64,000 bases of DNA, taken from the NCBI GenBank assembly GCA_943354165.1, contig CALRBH010000003.1, positions 5,149 to 69,148 on the forward strand. The letters are read 5' to 3'. Positions 35,332 to 44,604 of this stretch are shown here, piece by piece. Below the pieces are notes generated by a model. That model ran no database searches, was not told where the DNA came from, and saw only the letters and a list, made by a program, of their open reading frames with translations. The position numbers and the translations under genes were made by a program. This stretch comes from Candidatus Uhrbacteria bacterium RIFOXYB12_FULL_58_10. Its GTDB lineage: Bacteria; Patescibacteriota; Patescibacteriia; UBA9934; GWF2-40-263. Positions within the stretch are counted from its first letter, which is position 1. The number at the start of each line of letters is the position of its first letter.

Positions 35332-36037
35332 ATAGGGAGTGACTCATCATAATGCGGACCGCACTCAAACGCTTTTTCATGGCACTCAAGTTGTGTGGTT
35401 CATGAGGATCCTTATTGACCCAGGAACCAACATGGGTGCTTCGCGCATGTTCGCCGCGACATCGAATAAGGAACAGCCCGTTCGCGAACACGACGTCTGG
35501 GCCGCCGTCCTTCGATTCACGCAGGATTCCGAGCTTGCGTGCCAGTCCCATGCTCGGAAAGCAGGGAAGGATCGGAAGGGATCCGTGGATGGTAATAGGG
35601 ATGGCTTCATCCCACGCGGTCCAGTGCTCGTTGGCAAACACGATGAGCGGAAGCGATTCTTCCAGACAAAATTGGATGAGAGGAAGCGTCAACATGTGCT
35701 GACGCTGCTTGTCATCCAACGGGGATGGAAGGGAATAAAAGGAACTGAAGGAAGCAATGAGACAGAGCGTTTCCTCCTTTCCGCGCTTCATGGGTTCGAT
35801 CAGCGTGCGGATTTCCGTACTCGGCGCAAAAACGAACGGATCATCTAGGAACGTGGGGACATAAATCTTATTCGGTCCCGGGGTCCCGTCAAATTCCTTT
35901 TCGAGGAGGTCGGGCAGGAATGTGACATGGAAAAGAGTATTGAATGTCGCCGTGTCGTCCGGCGGGGTGTCCGGATAGGAAAGATTTGCCGGATCCCCGG
36001 CAGGCGGCCGGGAATCGTTGGTCACAAGTATCTCCAA
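35330..36037 (-). CDS. Hypothetical protein
   Basis: 235-aa ORF ending at the bidirectional terminator; no family recognised. Confidence 0.6.
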   Translation of the reverse strand: MEILVTNDSRPPAGDPANLSYPDTPPDDTATFNTLFHVTFLPDLLEKEFDGTPGPNKIYVPTFLDDPFVFAPSTEIRTLIEPMKRGKEETLCLIASFSSFYSLPSPLDDKQRQHMLTLPLIQFCLEESLPLIVFANEHWTAWDEAIPITIHGSLPILPCFPSMGLARKLGILRESKDGGPDVVFANGLFLIRCRGEHARSTHVGSWVNKDPHEPHNLSAMKKRLSAVRIMMSHSL

Positions 36038-36130
36038 GTTGGTGAAGGTCGAATAGTGGTATATTCGGTGGTTTTGTCAATCCATTGCGCTTCACAAAAC
36101 CGAGAGAATCTGGCACACTGCGCCCCGCAG

Positions 36131-36204
36131 AGGGGCGTAGTGAAGTGGTATCACGCGGGTCTCCAAAACCCTCATTGTTGGTTCGATTCCAACCGCCCCT
36201 GCCA
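36131..36204 (+). tRNA. tRNA-Trp(CCA)
   Basis: AGGGGCG/CGCCCCT acceptor stem, anticodon CCA, CCA end. Confidence 0.96.
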
Positions 36205-36254
36205 GGCAACTGCCGCGGAGCCACAGATTCCACGCTCCGCGGCAACTGCCTGGC
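36201..36254. repeat. Long imperfect palindrome starting in the tRNA-Trp 3' end
   Basis: GCCAGGCA-AC-TGCCGCGGAGC-12 nt-GCTCCGCGGCA-AC-TGCCTGGC. Confidence 0.85.
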
Positions 36255-36287
36255 CTGCCATCGTATCGCAGAGTAAAATGGGTTCGT

Positions 36288-36578
36288 ATGTTTACGAGCC
36301 CATTTTACGTCTATGTCTGTATCAGTTTGAAGGACAAGAAACTGTATGTTGGCTCGACAAACAATCTTGAACGTCGACAAAAAGAACATGCGGATGGTCT
36401 TGTAACTTCGACCCGTCATCGACTTCCATTAGAACTGATTTACTACGAGGTCTACCTTCTTGAAAAAGACGCTCGTATGCGGGAAAGTTATCTGAAAGGT
36501 GGTGGACGAGCCCGAGCAAATTTATACTTACAGTTAACCGAAACACTTGCGAAGTATCGCCCAGAAATCTCCGCGTAA
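36288..36578 (+). CDS. Stand-alone GIY-YIG nuclease
   Basis: YVYV..LYVGST.NLERR..EH, A..RE.YLK. Confidence 0.92.
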   Translation: MFTSPFYVYVCISLKDKKLYVGSTNNLERRQKEHADGLVTSTRHRLPLELIYYEVYLLEKDARMRESYLKGGGRARANLYLQLTETLAKYRPEISA

Positions 36579-36648
36579 ACAGTGGGGATTTTTGTTTCGG
36601 GGTAAGATCGTTGCGCGCATGTGGGTTTGTTGTTAACCTTTCAGAACT

Positions 36649-37143
36649 ATGTCCTCATTCCTGCACGATGTTCGTCGGAGCATATATGATCCTGCGTGGT
36701 ACGCATCATTGTTCCACATGCCTGCCAAGACGGCTTGGACGTATGCGGTAAAATTCCTCTGCACCACATTCGTCATCAGCTCCGTCCTGATTTCAATCCC
36801 GGTCCTCCGTGACCTGGAGGAGAAGACAGTTTCCAATGCCGCTATCGTACTTGCGACGGCACTCTTTTTTTCGATGATCGGAAGCCTCTTCCTGCTTGGA
36901 TTGAATCTGGTGTTTGCGTTACTTGTGATGGTGGTCGCACGTACGAAGAGTCGCTCCTGCACATTTCGCCAGGCATATCTCGTCGGGTTATTCGCAATGA
37001 CCCCCGTTCTTCTCCTCGAAGTCATTTCTAATATTGTGCTGAATTACACAGGGGTTTCGCTTCCGTCCGGCATTGGATTCAATATAGGTGTATTTCTCTT
37101 CTTCTTGTACCTGAACCTCTCCGGTCGTCGGATGGAGGGCTGA
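36649..37143 (+). CDS. Hypothetical multi-pass membrane protein
   Basis: 164 aa, about four hydrophobic segments. Confidence 0.65.
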   Translation: MSSFLHDVRRSIYDPAWYASLFHMPAKTAWTYAVKFLCTTFVISSVLISIPVLRDLEEKTVSNAAIVLATALFFSMIGSLFLLGLNLVFALLVMVVARTKSRSCTFRQAYLVGLFAMTPVLLLEVISNIVLNYTGVSLPSGIGFNIGVFLFFLYLNLSGRRMEG

Positions 37144-37306
37144 GCCATGCATTCGTATTAAAGGAGAGTTCTAACCTCGTCCGCTAGCCCCTGCCACAAA
37201 AAATCTTGCTCAAAAAAGTAGGATTTTTTGTTTGGGAAGGTAGGAATGCAACAGATAGGCGAATTGCGCTTTAACAGGTAAGCTTCTTCCAAATTCTTTC
37301 TAGAGT

Positions 37307-39013
37307 ATGAACACACGTTTCAAACGATTTCAGGCTGGTCTCATTGGAATAGGTTGCCTCGCACTGGCGACGATCGCCTTTCATGTTTCCGCGGAGACCG
37401 TTGGATCCTGTCCCGTCCAGATGGGGAAGCCGTACCGCAGCGTGGAATCTTCCACGGTGTTTATTGTTACGCAAGAATGCGAAAAGCGTCCCGTCTTTAA
37501 CCCTGACGTCTTCTTTTCGCACTTCGCCTCCTTTAAGGACGTGAAGTTCGTGAAAGCGTCCATCCTCGCTTCTATTCCTGACTCCAAGCTCAAGTTCATG
37601 CCCTGGGGACCACTCCGGACATTTGGTACAGGTTCGCTTGTTAAAACGGTCACGGATCCAAAAGTGTACCTTTTGGTCGGTGCTAAAGCGCATCCCATCC
37701 GGAACGAACAGGGATTTACGGAACTCGGTCTGAAGTTTTCCGACATCGAAGACGTGACGGAGGACGTGCTCGTAAAATTTAAGAAACAGAAGATCGCTAT
37801 TCAAGGGACAGAAAACGTTCCGGAGTTCCTCGTATTTAAATATCCGAACAGCCCTGAAGTTTATTTGATTCGCCGCATTAACGGCGGCGAGCGCAAGCGA
37901 ACGCATATCACCACCATGGAGGAACTTAAGCGACTCGCCCGCTTGGATCGCATCATGGTTCTCCCACGTTCCGTTTCGTTCCCGCTTGATACGTCACCGA
38001 TCGCGACCCCTGTCACCGAACCAGTCGTGACACCAACACCAACACCAACGCCTACATCAGCTCCGACACCTACGCCAACAGCTGAACAGAGTGTCCATGG
38101 ACCAACCGGCGGGCCGCATATCGATGTATCCGCGATCCCGACAGGTCATCCTGGGGTAGATCATGTACGGATCATTCCGGCGCCGTTCGCGCGGAGAGTC
38201 GCGGATGGAGTTGGCGCATTCCGCACGCAGTGTCAGATGTCGCACATGAATTTTGACGACCCGATGGTCTTTCCAGGTCAGGTCGGTGCTTCGCACCTGC
38301 ACGCATTCTTCGGCCACAGTTCCATCGACGCGTTCCTGCAACCGGGACATCTCCGCGATGCGGGGGTGAAGAGCACGTGTGGGGGAGGTACCGCCAATAA
38401 TTCCGGCTACTGGGTTCCGGCCCTCATTGGCAAGGACGGCGTTCCGCTCGTTCCGACGAACAACATCGTGTACTACAAGAGCGGGTACGGCGGAGTGGAT
38501 CCAGAGGACGTGCAGGAATTCCCACAAGGGCTCCGCATGATCGCGGGGAACGCTAAATCGAGCGCATCACAACTGCCGCTTGCGTACTGGGAGTGCGTGG
38601 ACACGTCGAGCGAACATTTCGGCAGCATCCCAGCCACCTGCCCGTCAGGGACCAAGGAATTCCAGATGTCGGTAAGCTTCCCGCAGTGTTGGGATGGGAA
38701 GAACCTCGATTCATCGGATCACAAGAGTCACATGGCGTATCCGAATAACGGATGCCCATCAACGCATCCAGTGCCTGTTCCCGCCATCTCTTTCAATATT
38801 CGCTACGCCGTTCCTACAAGCGGAATGGCCAGTCTTCGCCTCGCCTCCGACATGTATTCGACGGATCTCCCGGGAGGACTCTCTGCCCACGGCGACTGGT
38901 GGGACGGATGGGACCACGAGATCGTAAAGAAATGGATGTTGAATTGCGTGAACGCCGGGATGGATTGCGGCGGGGGGCTTATCAGTGATACGGAATATCT
39001 CGAGCACGATTAG
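37307..39013 (+). CDS. Secreted protein with PT linker and C-terminal DUF1996 domain
   Basis: Signal peptide; DDPMVFPG..SHLHAFFG, NNSGYWVP, FPQCWDGKNLDS.DHKSHMAY, HGDW. Confidence 0.88.
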   Translation: MNTRFKRFQAGLIGIGCLALATIAFHVSAETVGSCPVQMGKPYRSVESSTVFIVTQECEKRPVFNPDVFFSHFASFKDVKFVKASILASIPDSKLKFMPWGPLRTFGTGSLVKTVTDPKVYLLVGAKAHPIRNEQGFTELGLKFSDIEDVTEDVLVKFKKQKIAIQGTENVPEFLVFKYPNSPEVYLIRRINGGERKRTHITTMEELKRLARLDRIMVLPRSVSFPLDTSPIATPVTEPVVTPTPTPTPTSAPTPTPTAEQSVHGPTGGPHIDVSAIPTGHPGVDHVRIIPAPFARRVADGVGAFRTQCQMSHMNFDDPMVFPGQVGASHLHAFFGHSSIDAFLQPGHLRDAGVKSTCGGGTANNSGYWVPALIGKDGVPLVPTNNIVYYKSGYGGVDPEDVQEFPQGLRMIAGNAKSSASQLPLAYWECVDTSSEHFGSIPATCPSGTKEFQMSVSFPQCWDGKNLDSSDHKSHMAYPNNGCPSTHPVPVPAISFNIRYAVPTSGMASLRLASDMYSTDLPGGLSAHGDWWDGWDHEIVKKWMLNCVNAGMDCGGGLISDTEYLEHD

Positions 39014-39082
39014 TTAGTAGATAGTAGTAAGTAGTTAGTAGGTTTCTTTTCGATAAACCCTACTAACTACTTACTACTAACT
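39011..39082. repeat. Inverted heptad-array element, copy 7 (right arm one unit short)
   Basis: TAGTTAG TAGATAG TAGTAAG TAGTTAG TAG / 18 nt / CTA CTAACTA CTTACTA CTAACT. Confidence 0.93.
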
Positions 39083-39092
39083 CTCGACCCCT

Positions 39093-39248
39093 ATGAACTG
39101 CCCAAACTGCAATAAGGCGATGAAATACCTGCGTGGAGATATGAGCACAGGCAAGCCGGGAAAGAAATATGATCGCTCATTCTATGAGTGTCGGTTTTGC
39201 GATGTCTGGGTGACAGTTGAGCTACCGCAGGAAAAGGAGGCTGAGTAG
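39093..39248 (+). CDS. 51-aa zinc-ribbon microprotein; absent from the ORF track
   Basis: MNCPNCNKAM...FYECRFCDVWVTVELPQEKEAE; two CxxC motifs. Confidence 0.7.
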   Translation: MNCPNCNKAMKYLRGDMSTGKPGKKYDRSFYECRFCDVWVTVELPQEKEAE

Positions 39249-39284
39249 AGACAAATTGGGCTAGAAGTGGTAACTAGTACGGAC

Positions 39285-39857
39285 ATGATTGCTACGTTTC
39301 TCAAAAGCGTCACCGACCTGGCGGAGCTTCCATACGGGGAGAAGCCGCATATTGCCATGGTTGGACGGTCTAATGTGGGGAAATCCACCCTTATTAACCG
39401 TCTTACGCAGAAAAAGCACCTGGCGCGCGTGAGCTCGGCGCCTGGGCGGACGCAGACCATCAACCTGTATGACGTAGACGGGCGCGTCTACCTCGTGGAC
39501 CTTCCTGGCTATGGATTCGCTACGCGTTCAAAATCTGCCCGCGAGGTGTTCTCCCACATGATTTACCAGTACGTAGGGAAGACCAAGCAGGTGAAACTCG
39601 TCCTGCTCATCATCGACGCCCGCCGCGGCCTCATGGATCTTGATAAAGAGATGCTGGAATTTCTCCGCAAGTCACAGATCCCCTCGGTACTGATCACCAA
39701 CAAGATGGATAAACTCTCAAACTCGGAAGCGGGGGAGCTTAAGCGCACGCTCAAGCTCGCGTATCCGGATCTTCAGCTCATCCCGCACTCGGACGTGACC
39801 AGCAAGAACGTCGGGGAGATTTGGCTGGCGATTGAAAACGCAACTCGGGCGGCCTAG
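39285..39857 (+). CDS. engB: Ribosome biogenesis GTPase YihA/YsxC
   Basis: GRSNVGKSTLIN, PGRTQ, DLPGYG, NKMDK. Confidence 0.95.
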   Translation: MIATFLKSVTDLAELPYGEKPHIAMVGRSNVGKSTLINRLTQKKHLARVSSAPGRTQTINLYDVDGRVYLVDLPGYGFATRSKSAREVFSHMIYQYVGKTKQVKLVLLIIDARRGLMDLDKEMLEFLRKSQIPSVLITNKMDKLSNSEAGELKRTLKLAYPDLQLIPHSDVTSKNVGEIWLAIENATRAA

Positions 39858-41027
39858 ATGCCTATGAAAATCGCCTTCATTCACAATGAGAAAAAGATCG
39901 GCACCGGGGCGCACTACATCAATGACCTGATGAGCAAGTGCATGAAGGAGTCCGGTGTCACGGTGAAGAACTTTTATCCGACCCATCCGCTCATCGACCC
40001 GCCAGTGCATCTCAAAGGGCTTTACAACGTCCTGTTTTTCTACTCGCTTCTTGAGAAGAAAAATCAGATTCTTGGTTTTGACATCGTTCAGGGAACCACC
40101 TACACGCCGCTCGCGTTTCTCCCGTTTTCCATCCCGACTGTCAGTCATTTCGGTTCCACCACGTGGGGGTTCCTTCGGTCCGTGCCTGCAACGAAACCAC
40201 AGGAACCGCTCGGAGACATTTGGGTGCGATTGAAAAAGGACAGCGTGATCAAGCAGCTGAACCTGCGCACCAAGCGTCCGTTGCGCGACGTGGCGGAAAT
40301 CGAGAAGCTCGTGGCCACGCGCGTGGATGCGGTGATCGCCACCTCGGAAATCGTACGCAAAGACTTGCTCGATATTGGCGTTGAGCCGGACCGCATCCAT
40401 GTGGTTCCGAACGCGATTGAGGACTACTGGTTTGAAGGCAAGCCGCTGCAGATCGCCGAACAGCCTTCTTTGGTTTCGCTCGGCCGCATCGGTTCCGACG
40501 TGTTTACGCTCAAGCTGAAGGGGATCGATCGGCTGATCGACTGGTATCAAAACCATCCGTCGGTTCAGAAGCTCACCATCGGCATCACAGTGAATCATGC
40601 GCTCGTCAATTGGTTCCAGACCCATCTCCCAAACCACCGGTTTTTCCCGAACCTCGCCAAGGAACGGATCCCGGCACTGCTCGCAGAATATACGGGCGGC
40701 GTACTGCTCATTCCTTCCCGGTACGAAGGGTTTTCGTTGAGCCTTGTTGAAGGGATGTCCCAAGGCCTCATTCCGGTCGTGTATCCCGTCGGCATCGCCC
40801 CGGAGCTCATTAAGAACGGAGAAAACGGATTCCTCGTGGAGTCGCAGGCCGAAGGAAAGAAATTCATCAAGTACCTGCTGGCTCTGCCAAAAGAAGAACG
40901 TCTGCGTTTGGCGCTTGCGGCGCAGGAATCGGTAAAGAAGTTCAATTCGCGGATCATCACGAAGCAGCTCCTCGCCGTGTACGCCTCGGTACTCAAGCGA
41001 AAAGCTCGAGGTCCGTCGCCGTCTTAA
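39858..41027 (+). CDS. GT4 glycosyltransferase
   Basis: VVPNAI, SRYEGFSLSLVEGM, GENGFLV. Confidence 0.88.
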   Translation: MPMKIAFIHNEKKIGTGAHYINDLMSKCMKESGVTVKNFYPTHPLIDPPVHLKGLYNVLFFYSLLEKKNQILGFDIVQGTTYTPLAFLPFSIPTVSHFGSTTWGFLRSVPATKPQEPLGDIWVRLKKDSVIKQLNLRTKRPLRDVAEIEKLVATRVDAVIATSEIVRKDLLDIGVEPDRIHVVPNAIEDYWFEGKPLQIAEQPSLVSLGRIGSDVFTLKLKGIDRLIDWYQNHPSVQKLTIGITVNHALVNWFQTHLPNHRFFPNLAKERIPALLAEYTGGVLLIPSRYEGFSLSLVEGMSQGLIPVVYPVGIAPELIKNGENGFLVESQAEGKKFIKYLLALPKEERLRLALAAQESVKKFNSRIITKQLLAVYASVLKRKARGPSPS

Positions 41028-41043
41028 TGTATACTGGAGGCAC

Positions 41044-41445
41044 ATGAACCCGTTCCTGATTTTTCTCATCTATTCCGTGATCGGTTGGTTCCTCGATACG
41101 GCCTATCGGTCGCTGTACGACCACGAACTGTCCATTGGAAGTTATTTTAAGGCCCCGATCGCGCCGATCTACGGGTTCGGAGCGCTGCTGATTTTTTTTC
41201 TCCATCCGTACGTGGCTCAGGCCCCGCTTCTTTTGGAAGGCCTGCTGTTTGGGATCATGATCGCGGCGATGGAATATGTAGGCGGCGTGTATTGCGTGCG
41301 GGTACTCAGAAAAAAAATGTGGTGGTACAAGGGGAAGTGGACCATCGGCGGCCATACGCACGCGAACCGGATCTTGTTTTACGGCGTATTGGCCCTCATG
41401 ACCGTCTATATTGTTCATCCATTCATCGTAGCTCGTTTGCCTTGA
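41044..41445 (+). CDS. Small membrane protein (putative ABC permease, DUF1113-like)
   Basis: YSVIGW, PIYGFG, EYVGG..WWY. Confidence 0.75.
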   Translation: MNPFLIFLIYSVIGWFLDTAYRSLYDHELSIGSYFKAPIAPIYGFGALLIFFLHPYVAQAPLLLEGLLFGIMIAAMEYVGGVYCVRVLRKKMWWYKGKWTIGGHTHANRILFYGVLALMTVYIVHPFIVARLP

Positions 41446-41926
41446 TCTTCTCGATGAGCGCTTCCGGTTCCAAGCGAATTTTAAAGGCACCGCCAATGGT
41501 GGCGTCGTACGTGGTGTGATGCGGGCGGATGACTTTTTCAAAATGTTCGCCTTGAAGTTCGAGGTCGGCGGCGAGTTCATCCATAGATCCGGACACGGGA
41601 AAAATTTCGATGTGGTCAAAGCCGCTTGCCTGGCTTCCGTCCGGTTTCTGATCGGAAAGTTCTAGGAACCAAATGTCGCCAAGCTCCGTGTTGATGGGCT
41701 GGGCGAATTTTATGATGGCGATGCGTCTTCCGGCGATGATCGACTGGTAGACGAATCCGCTCGTGGATTCGAAGAGGGCTCGCATCCGTTCGAACTCTGT
41801 CGAATCGGCGCACTTGTAGCAGATATGGTCGGCGATGGCAGATGGATGCATCTTCTGGTTCCAGGTGTTGAACATTTGGATGAACGGCTGTGCGGCTTCG
41901 AAAAAGTTTGCCACGGAAGCGAACAT
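41423..41926 (-). CDS. YecM-like VOC family protein
   Basis: DHICYK, IAGRRIA, LEL, GFDHIEI. Confidence 0.8.
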   Translation of the reverse strand: MFASVANFFEAAQPFIQMFNTWNQKMHPSAIADHICYKCADSTEFERMRALFESTSGFVYQSIIAGRRIAIIKFAQPINTELGDIWFLELSDQKPDGSQASGFDHIEIFPVSGSMDELAADLELQGEHFEKVIRPHHTTYDATIGGAFKIRLEPEALIEKIKANELR

Positions 41927-41928
41927 AC

Positions 41929-42927
41929 TTAAATGCAATACGTGCCATCCTTGTATACCACGACTCCGTCAATCGTGACGGTGGTAACATCGACGAATAC
42001 ATCGACATGATATCGGCTTGAGCGTTTCGGCATCCCCGCCTTCGCGTAAATCGTGTGCTTCTGGCCGAGGGAGAGGTGGATGCCGCACATGCGTTCGTAA
42101 CTACCTACGTCCACGAGCGTACGTGTCTTCGTGAGCGCGCGATTCATCCCGAAGCCGAGTTCACGGACCCAGACGGGTTCGTCGACACGAATCTGATCGA
42201 GAATTGCCAAGAAGGATTCTGGGGCGTCCGGTGCAGCGACGATCAGACCTTTTTCGATGATGACTGTGACAGGTTCGGGAGGGAAGGTGACCCGAAATTT
42301 TTCATCGCCGTACCCAAAAAGTTTGACGGTACCGTTCACACCATCGAGATTCATCGGTTCCGTAAACACTTCGCCAATAGGGAACATTCCACCGACATTT
42401 TTCATCTTCGAGTAGTCGCCGAGGTTCGGTTTTGCTGGTTCCATCGGTGTGTCATACACAAGCTCTGTTCCCGGGCAGGAGACGACAATGCGTTTAGCGT
42501 TGTTGATGAGCTCCATGAGTTTCGGTCCCAACGTCCGATAATACGTCGGATCATACGCAAGCGCGTCCACGTATGTCTCATGTTCGATGTCCGGAACGCG
42601 ACCGAGGTGAAGATGTTCGATCACTTTCAGTTTGCGATTGAACAGTTCAAGACGAAAGCGAAATTCGTTCAGGCGGAAACTCGACGACTGCACCATCACG
42701 ACGAGGTCGCCTGGCGACATGGCGTCGATCGCGCCTCGGACATCGCCCGGAGTCGTCTGTCCGAAGTCGATGAGCTGCGCGTCCGGAAGAATCGTCTTGT
42801 ACCCGGCGGTGAGGAGATTTCCGAGGACGGATTCCGTATCGAACACAAGTAGCGCCTTTGCAGGTGGGCTATAGGCGATGGCCGTAAACACGGTGTCCTT
42901 CAGGTTCTGTTCGAGGATGGATTTCAT
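41929..42927 (-). CDS. M29-like aminopeptidase/metalloprotease homologue
   Basis: FPIGEVF, RELGFGMN, GIHLSLG, HVDV. Confidence 0.75.
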   Translation of the reverse strand: MKSILEQNLKDTVFTAIAYSPPAKALLVFDTESVLGNLLTAGYKTILPDAQLIDFGQTTPGDVRGAIDAMSPGDLVVMVQSSSFRLNEFRFRLELFNRKLKVIEHLHLGRVPDIEHETYVDALAYDPTYYRTLGPKLMELINNAKRIVVSCPGTELVYDTPMEPAKPNLGDYSKMKNVGGMFPIGEVFTEPMNLDGVNGTVKLFGYGDEKFRVTFPPEPVTVIIEKGLIVAAPDAPESFLAILDQIRVDEPVWVRELGFGMNRALTKTRTLVDVGSYERMCGIHLSLGQKHTIYAKAGMPKRSSRYHVDVFVDVTTVTIDGVVVYKDGTYCI

Positions 42928-43020
42928 GCGAGGGACTCTAAACCAAAAACCTGGCGGTGGCCAGGCTTGAGACCCTTCAAGTCTGATGACCTTTAGGGTG
43001 ATTTCAGCCTAGGGCTGAAA

Positions 43021-43224
43021 TCACTTACAGCACTTGCACATCCCACAAGACATCTTCATCATCCCTGCGAGGATGAGCAGAACTGGCCAGGCGATATAAG
43101 CCGTACCTGCCTCCATGTAGCCGAGAGCCTTCAGAAGGAAGACGAGACCTATGAGGACGATGAGCAATGGGCCCATCTTGTGGTGCATGTAGCCGCACAT
43201 CCCGCCATGCATTCCTTCTAACAT
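43021..43224 (-). CDS. Small two-TM membrane protein with His/Cys-rich ends
   Basis: LIVLIGLVFLL..WPVLLILAG; CGMCKCCK tail. Confidence 0.7.
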   Translation of the reverse strand: MLEGMHGGMCGYMHHKMGPLLIVLIGLVFLLKALGYMEAGTAYIAWPVLLILAGMMKMSCGMCKCCK

Positions 43225-43346
43225 AGGTTGTGGATAAGGTATTCATACCTTCCAGTACACCTTAAAATATTCAAATTCGCCTCTTTCCACATTGAATCGC
43301 CATCGTGTTCATGAGACGATGCAGGGAATCCCTCATCGTTTTCCAT

Positions 43347-44600
43347 ATGAAGCACGATCCGCTGCGACAGCTTGTCCACCACATCAGTTTTCATCCGCGT
43401 GAACGGCTGGCGACGTTTCTGTCCCTCTCTATCCCCGAACAAGCGGAGATGCTTCGGCACGCGTCGAAACATATTCGCGCAGACATTCTTGCAAAGCTTC
43501 CAAACGATGCGGTCGTCGCCCTCCTCTCGTATCTCGATCCGGATGATGCGACCGACCTGGCGCGCCTGCTCTTGCCGCACCGCAGGGCGGAAGTGGTGAG
43601 GAACCTCAATGAGTCGCTCCAGCGCGATCTCACCGTACTTACCTCCTTTGATCCGGACACGGCGGCCGGCATGATGAATACGGATTACGTTCAGGTGCTT
43701 TCGACGAACACCATTGCGGAAGCAGCTGAACGGTTTAAGGTGCACGAGTCGCGCACCGGGCGTCCGCCGACGATCCTTGTGATGAAAGAGGGGAAGTTGC
43801 TCGGATACCTCCCGGGGCACGCCCTTGGCGTAGCCATGCCAAAGGATCACATCGAACGATACGTGAAGCACGTCTCAACGGTCGTACATGACGCCGACCA
43901 TTCCGCCGTCATCGATCTTTTCCGCAGTCACCCACATGACAAAGCCGTGGTGCTTGGAGTGCGGGGAAATGTCGTGGGAATTATTTTTGCCGATGACGTG
44001 CTCGACGCTCTCAAGGAACGCGAGACGGCCGCCCTGTATAACTTCGCCGGTATCCATGCGGAGGAAAGCGTCACGGATCCAATGTCGGTGAAGGTGAAAC
44101 ATCGATACAAATGGCTGATCATCAACCTGGGAACGGCATTTTTTGCGTCGTTCGTCGTGAGCCAGTTTCAGGATGTCATCAGTCAATTCGTATTGCTTGC
44201 CGTCTACATGCCGATTGTGGCGGGGATGGGCGGAAACGCTGCCACGCAAACCCTTGCGGTGATGGTGCGCGGAATTGCGCTGCGGAAAATCGATCTGCCG
44301 CACGCTTGGAAGGTGATGCGACGGGAAGTGGGGGCGGGGATGGTCAATGGCTTTATTAACGGCCTCATCGTAGCCACGGTCGTCATTGTGATGAACCGCG
44401 ATTTCAAAATCGCTTTCATCTTGGCGTTCGCTATGATGGCCAACCTCATTGTGGCCGCCTGCTTCGGAACCATCGTCCCGCTCATCATGCAACGGCTTGG
44501 GAAGGATCCTGCGGCCTCGGCAACCATTTTTATTACCACAGCGACCGACGTGCTCGGGTTCCTCGTGTTCCTAGGGCTTGCGCAGGCGATCCTGTTGTAA
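43347..44600 (+). CDS. mgtE: Magnesium transporter MgtE
   Basis: TAAGMM, CBS pair, PIVAGMGGNAATQ, DPAASA..TTATD. Confidence 0.95.
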   Translation: MKHDPLRQLVHHISFHPRERLATFLSLSIPEQAEMLRHASKHIRADILAKLPNDAVVALLSYLDPDDATDLARLLLPHRRAEVVRNLNESLQRDLTVLTSFDPDTAAGMMNTDYVQVLSTNTIAEAAERFKVHESRTGRPPTILVMKEGKLLGYLPGHALGVAMPKDHIERYVKHVSTVVHDADHSAVIDLFRSHPHDKAVVLGVRGNVVGIIFADDVLDALKERETAALYNFAGIHAEESVTDPMSVKVKHRYKWLIINLGTAFFASFVVSQFQDVISQFVLLAVYMPIVAGMGGNAATQTLAVMVRGIALRKIDLPHAWKVMRREVGAGMVNGFINGLIVATVVIVMNRDFKIAFILAFAMMANLIVAACFGTIVPLIMQRLGKDPAASATIFITTATDVLGFLVFLGLAQAILL

Positions 44601-44604
44601 TGAT

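Noticed and set aside
36131-36204. Alternative genetic code or tRNA-Trp integration site
   Set aside because: TGA ends several clear genes and the anticodon is CCA; I found no duplicate tRNA 3' end or integrase in the window.
3784-39082. TAG/CTA repeats as CRISPR arrays
   Set aside because: They are single dispersed inverted elements, not direct repeat-spacer arrays, and no cas gene is present.
42984-43023. CTGATGA...GAAA as a hammerhead ribozyme
   Set aside because: The flanking bases do not form stems I-III; it is a simple hairpin at a gene end.
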